From contig NC_068995.1 in assembly GCF_001194135.2 (NCBI RefSeq), positions 35,914,871-35,951,552 of the forward strand: a DNA stretch of 36,682 nt. Direction: 5' to 3'. The stretch is from Octopus bimaculoides (taxonomy: Eukaryota). The notes under the pieces are model-generated. The model was not told where the DNA came from. It did not search any database and saw only the letters and a program-made list of their open reading frames with translations. Positions within the stretch are counted from its first letter, which is position 1, and every line of letters starts with the position of its first letter. This document shows positions 32,624-36,682 of this stretch, piece by piece. The translations under genes and the position numbers were made by a program.

Positions 32624-34446
32624 GTTGCCTGAAAATTGTAGGCCCATTGCTTGCCTAGACATTATGTACAAACCGTACACAAGCTGTCTCAACCAATTCC
32701 TCCAGGATCAGTTTGAGTCCAACAGCACAGTGACTGATGAGCATGCTGGTGGAAAGAAGGGAGTGTAGGAAGGTGCCAAACAACTTCTGATAAACGAAGC
32801 TGTACAGTCAAAGGGGGAAAAAAAACATCGTAGGAGCCTTACAACGGTATGGGTTGATTATAGGAAGGCGTTTGACTCTATTCCCTACTCATGGCTGATG
32901 ATGAGTTTCTATTTGACATAGAGATGCTCACAAAGAATTGGGCCACAATCCTCACACTTAAAACAGTGAGTGGAATGATTGTCTCCAATGCTATAAATAT
33001 TTCAAAGGTAATATTCCAGAGAGATAGTCTCTATACTTCTGTTCATTTTGGAAATAAACCCATTATCATTCCTGCTGCAAAAAACAAATGGCTACATGCT
33101 AGGGTCAGCAACTGCAAGAGATGTCAATGTAACCCATAATTTCTTTGTGGATGACCTCAAGATTTATGCTAAAAATGTTAACAATACCAAAAAAAAAAAA
33201 AGCAACTGAAATTAATAATAACATTTTCAGCTGACATTGGAATGGAATTTGGCCAGAAGAAAAGTTCTTATTTGATTGTTGAATGAGGAAAATTAGTCCC
33301 TCACACAAATCTTGTGCATCAATGGTCTCACTATTTTTACAAGTACTTAGGCATTGATGAAAATATACCATATTAGGGTACTGTGAATAAAGATAGAGTG
33401 TCCCAGGAAAGTTACCCCAGACTTAGAAAAATATGGCAGCCTGAACTCTTCTCTTACAACAAAACAACATCCCACAATGCATTTGCAGTACCAGTGCTGA
33501 TTCCAACATTTGGAATATTTGACTTGCCTGCAGAAGAAACCCACTCCATAGACATTAACATCCACAAGATCCTAATATCAACTGGAAAATAGTGATAGTG
33601 ATTCTAACAACAACAAAAATAGTGATATCGACAGGCTCTACCTAAGAAGAAATAAAGGAGGCAGGGACTTGAGATCAGTGCAGACAGCCTTTGAATGTCA
33701 CATAGTCTCTCTCAGACAGCATGTGCCAAACAACAGCAGCAAAAATAAATACATTAGCTTAGTGCTGAAAAGTGAAGCAAACAATATCCTATATGTTGGA
33801 AGTGAACTCCTCGGGAAGTACTCTCTTCCTGATGACCTCTTATACAACCCCAAATCAGCCGGACTAGAATACCTCAAAGAAGACCTGGAGGTGAAATGCT
33901 CAGCATACCAAAAAAAGATGTTATATGGGTATGTTTCTTGAAGACTTGAAGAAGATAGCAATATTGACATGAAGCAAAGCCTCTCTTAGACTCCTGACCA
34001 CTACATAACATCACACAGGAGATTGCTACTAAATACCTAATCAGCAAAAAAACAGTGAAGCATTTGGTGTTCTAAGGGGCAACCATAAATGTAGATTATG
34101 TCATATATCTGTGGAAGACATTACATATGATTAGCAGCTGCCCGAAAATATCATCAAGGTACTACCTCCCTATGTGACATGACATTGTCACAAAAACAAT
34201 ATACAATGCCATTCAGAGAAAAGACTGTCCTGGAATAAATATAGAGAACCCCCTTAGTTATTGAATACATACACAAATATCAGCACAAGGAATACTGGTG
34301 AAACATTCCCATCAAAATATCTGTCAAGTGAAAGCATAACAGGATGGATATTGTTGTTTGGGACAGACAAGAGAAAGTATGTATTATCACAGTGGTCAAC
34401 TGTCCTTCTGATGTAAATATCTCTTTGAAAATCAAAGAGAAAGAGA
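32623..34446 (+). pseudogene. Decayed R4/Dong-clade non-LTR retrotransposon (RT + CCHC + restriction-like endonuclease)
   Basis: PENCRPIACL..., EHAGGKKGV, WVDYRKAFDSIPYSW, IFQRDSL, FVDDLKIYAK, FSADIGMEFG, YKYLG, DIDRLYLRRNKGGRDL, CRLC..SVEDIT..ISSCPK, HDIV, WWNIPI...KHNRMDIVVWD; many stops and frameshifts. Confidence 0.85.
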
Positions 34447-34459
34447 GAAAGTGTGTGTG

Positions 34460-34968
34460 AGACAGAGAAAGAGAGAGAGAGGGAGAGAGTGATAGCATAA
34501 TTTTTTTTATTTAGTTTTTTTGCATCTTTTTTAGTGAGTGAGAGTGTGAGTGATTGACTGAGAGAGAGGTGTTGTCATGTATGTTTAAAATGGGTAGGAT
34601 CAGTCACACATGCACACAAAAACACATACATACACCCATTAACTGCCACGTACATACATAAATACATATGCATACATGTTTCTCAGGTGAATGAGCATTT
34701 TTAAATTTTAAAATGGTGTCTCACATACACAACGACACATACTCTCCCCCTCGCTCTCACACACATACAGAGCAAGAACCTTCTCTCTCTCTCTCTGACC
34801 ACACCTCTCTCTCTCTCACTGACAACACCTCTCTCGCACTCTCTTTCAGTCAAACACACACTCACTAAAAAAAGATGCAAGAAAATGTAAATAAATAAAA
34901 TTTACGCTATTTCTCTCTCTCTCTCTCACACACAGTGATACACTCTTTCTCTCTTTCCGACAACACCT

Positions 34969-34999
<31 letters not shown>

Positions 35000-35075
35000 A
35001 GTCAATCACTCACACACTCATTCCAAAAAGATGTGAGGAAAAACAAAAAAAAAATGTATGCTATTCTCTCTCTCT
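34460..35075. repeat. ~130-bp microsatellite-rich unit present once inverted (34460-34577) and twice direct (~34815-34930, ~34958-35075)
   Basis: gacaacacctctc...cagtcaa..cactca..aaaagatg..a.gaaaa...tatgctatt.ctctctc occurs in both orientations. Confidence 0.55.
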
Positions 35076-35937
35076 CACACACACACACACACAAACAGAA
35101 CAACACACATCTCGGCAAGACTTTCTTTTGTACCCAACCAAAACACCCCTTTTTTAAAAAAAAGTTTTATTTGTTTTTTCTACACAAAAACCGTTTTCGG
35201 CTATGGAGAATACGAATCAGCAAAAAAATTAGCAAAAATCAGCATTTTGAAATTACCTCCCCGCCCCACANNNNNNNNNNCTCTCTCTCACACACACACA
35301 CACACAAACAGAACAACACACATCTCGGCAAGACTTTCTTTTGTACCCAACCAAAACACCCCTTTTTTAAAAAAAAGTTTTATTTGTTTTTTCTACACAA
35401 AAACCGTTTTCGGCTATGGAGAATACGAATCAGCAAAAAAATTAGCAAAAATCAGCATTTTGAAATTACCTCCCCGCCCCACACACAAACACACTAAATT
35501 CTTCATTTGTAGCTTTTTCAGAATTATAAAAATAAATAAATAAATTAATAAATAATTTTTACTGAATTTACCGAACGCCGTATGGTAACAGCTGCATTCG
35601 TTGTACTGTTTGAGTTTGTGGATGTTTATGAGAACGAGACGATGCACACACACACACACACAAACACACCTTCTGGTGTAAGGGAGATAAGCAATTTCTT
35701 CCATTACTTCGCAAAGAGTTACCTCTCTTCTCCACAATAGTCACTATAAGTATGTTTTTCTGACCTTCTGACCCAAGATGCCCTATTACTCCATAAGTGA
35801 CAAATCTAAAGACTGTAGAACCTTGTGTCAATTTGTCAAGCATGAACGAAATTGGATGAAAAATGATTTTACGTGGAATAAAGCCTATTGTTGGTCACAT
35901 ATATACACACATCTTTCGTCTTATATATTACATATAT

Positions 35938-36136
35938 AAAGATACAGAAATAATTTATTCTCAAACGCATGATAATGCTAATACAATAGCATGAACAGGA
36001 TAAACTATGTATATATTACAGAAAAATCGTTACTGGCTGGCCATGAGACTCGAACTCACATCTCTGTAATATATGGATAGTTTATCCTGTTCATGCCATT
36101 ATCATGCATTTGAGAATAAATTATTTCTGTATCTTT
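35938..36136. repeat. Near-perfect ~74-bp-arm palindrome with a 40-nt loop
   Basis: Arms 35938-36022 and 36063-36136 are reverse complements apart from an 11-nt insertion (35978-35988) and about 3 substitutions. Confidence 0.9.
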
Positions 36137-36293
36137 CAATACATCCCAACGCGACTAAAGCAAACTTTGTTTACTTTCATCGTAAGTTGAATATATATAC
36201 ATACATGTGTGTATGTGTGTGTAGGTATGTATGTATATATGTGTATTTGTGTACACACACACACACACACATATATATGTATTCTTTTATACA

Positions 36294-36494
36294 GTAGGCA
36301 CAAGTTCTGAAATTTTGGGGAAGGAGCCAGTCGATTAAATCGACCTCAGTACGCAACTGATACTTAATTTATCGACTCCGAAAGGATGGAAGGCAAAGCC
36401 GACCTTGCCAGAATTTGAACTTTGAACATAAAGACTGATGAAATACTGCTAAGCATTTCGCCTGGTGTGCTAACGTTTCTGCCAGCTAACCACC
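36294..36494 (-). mobile_element. tRNA-derived SINE family D (central domain resembling Meta/Nin-type gtcgactttgccttccatcctttcggggtcgataaa)
   Basis: Minus: ggtggttagctggcagaaacgttagcac...agttcaaattctggcaaggtcggctttgccttccatcctttcggagtcgataaattaagtatcag. Domain name needs a database check. Confidence 0.7.
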
Positions 36495-36497
36495 TTA

Positions 36498-36682
36498 CAA
36501 TGGCCCAGTGGTTAGGGCAGCGGACTCGCGGTCATAGGATCGCAGTTTTGATTCCCAGACTGGGCGTTGTGAGTGTTTATTGAGCGAAAACACCTAAAGC
36601 CCCACGAGGCTCCGGCAGGGGATGGTGGCGAACCCTGCTGTACTCTTTCTTCCTGTTTCTGTTGTACCTGTATTTCAAAGGG
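36498..36682 (+). mobile_element. tRNA-derived SINE family E (continues beyond the window)
   Basis: caatggcccagtggttagggcagcggactcgcggtcataggatcgcagttttgattcccagac: A-box TGGCCCAGTGG and B-box-like GTTTTGATTCC. Confidence 0.7.

Noticed and set aside
35057-35485. Exact ~210-bp tandem duplication
   Set aside because: Identical copies flank a 10-N gap, typical of an unmerged contig overlap (assembly artefact).

Overview
AT-rich, gap-containing animal genomic DNA. The repeat content (RTE 3' ends with (GAT/GAC)n tails, several tRNA-headed SINE families, dense TA/CA/GA microsatellites) points to a coleoid cephalopod, most likely Octopus; this is an inference. No intact host protein-coding exon could be supported, and most tracked ORFs are N-gap or microsatellite artefacts. 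The window is a mosaic of mobile-element debris: about 18 5'-truncated RTE-clade LINE 3' ends, about 15 tRNA-derived SINEs, a Penelope-like element spanning a gap, an R4/Dong RLE LINE, CR1/L2-like, hAT and Tc1/mariner fragments, TTAA piggyBac-type MITEs and foldback elements. The best leads are: (1) the RTE 3' UTR is a copy-number-variable array of a GCCAGT-N8-ACTGGC hairpin plus a compact H-type pseudoknot whose pairing is retained across divergent copies, and it appears to have grown by duplicating the ORF2 C-terminus; (2) a type I hammerhead ribozyme motif with a U4C core change and a long stem II lies at the 3' end of the Penelope-like element; (3) a near-perfect 200-bp palindrome carries a tRNA-like B-box in its loop. 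All family assignments come from motif recognition by eye, not database searches.
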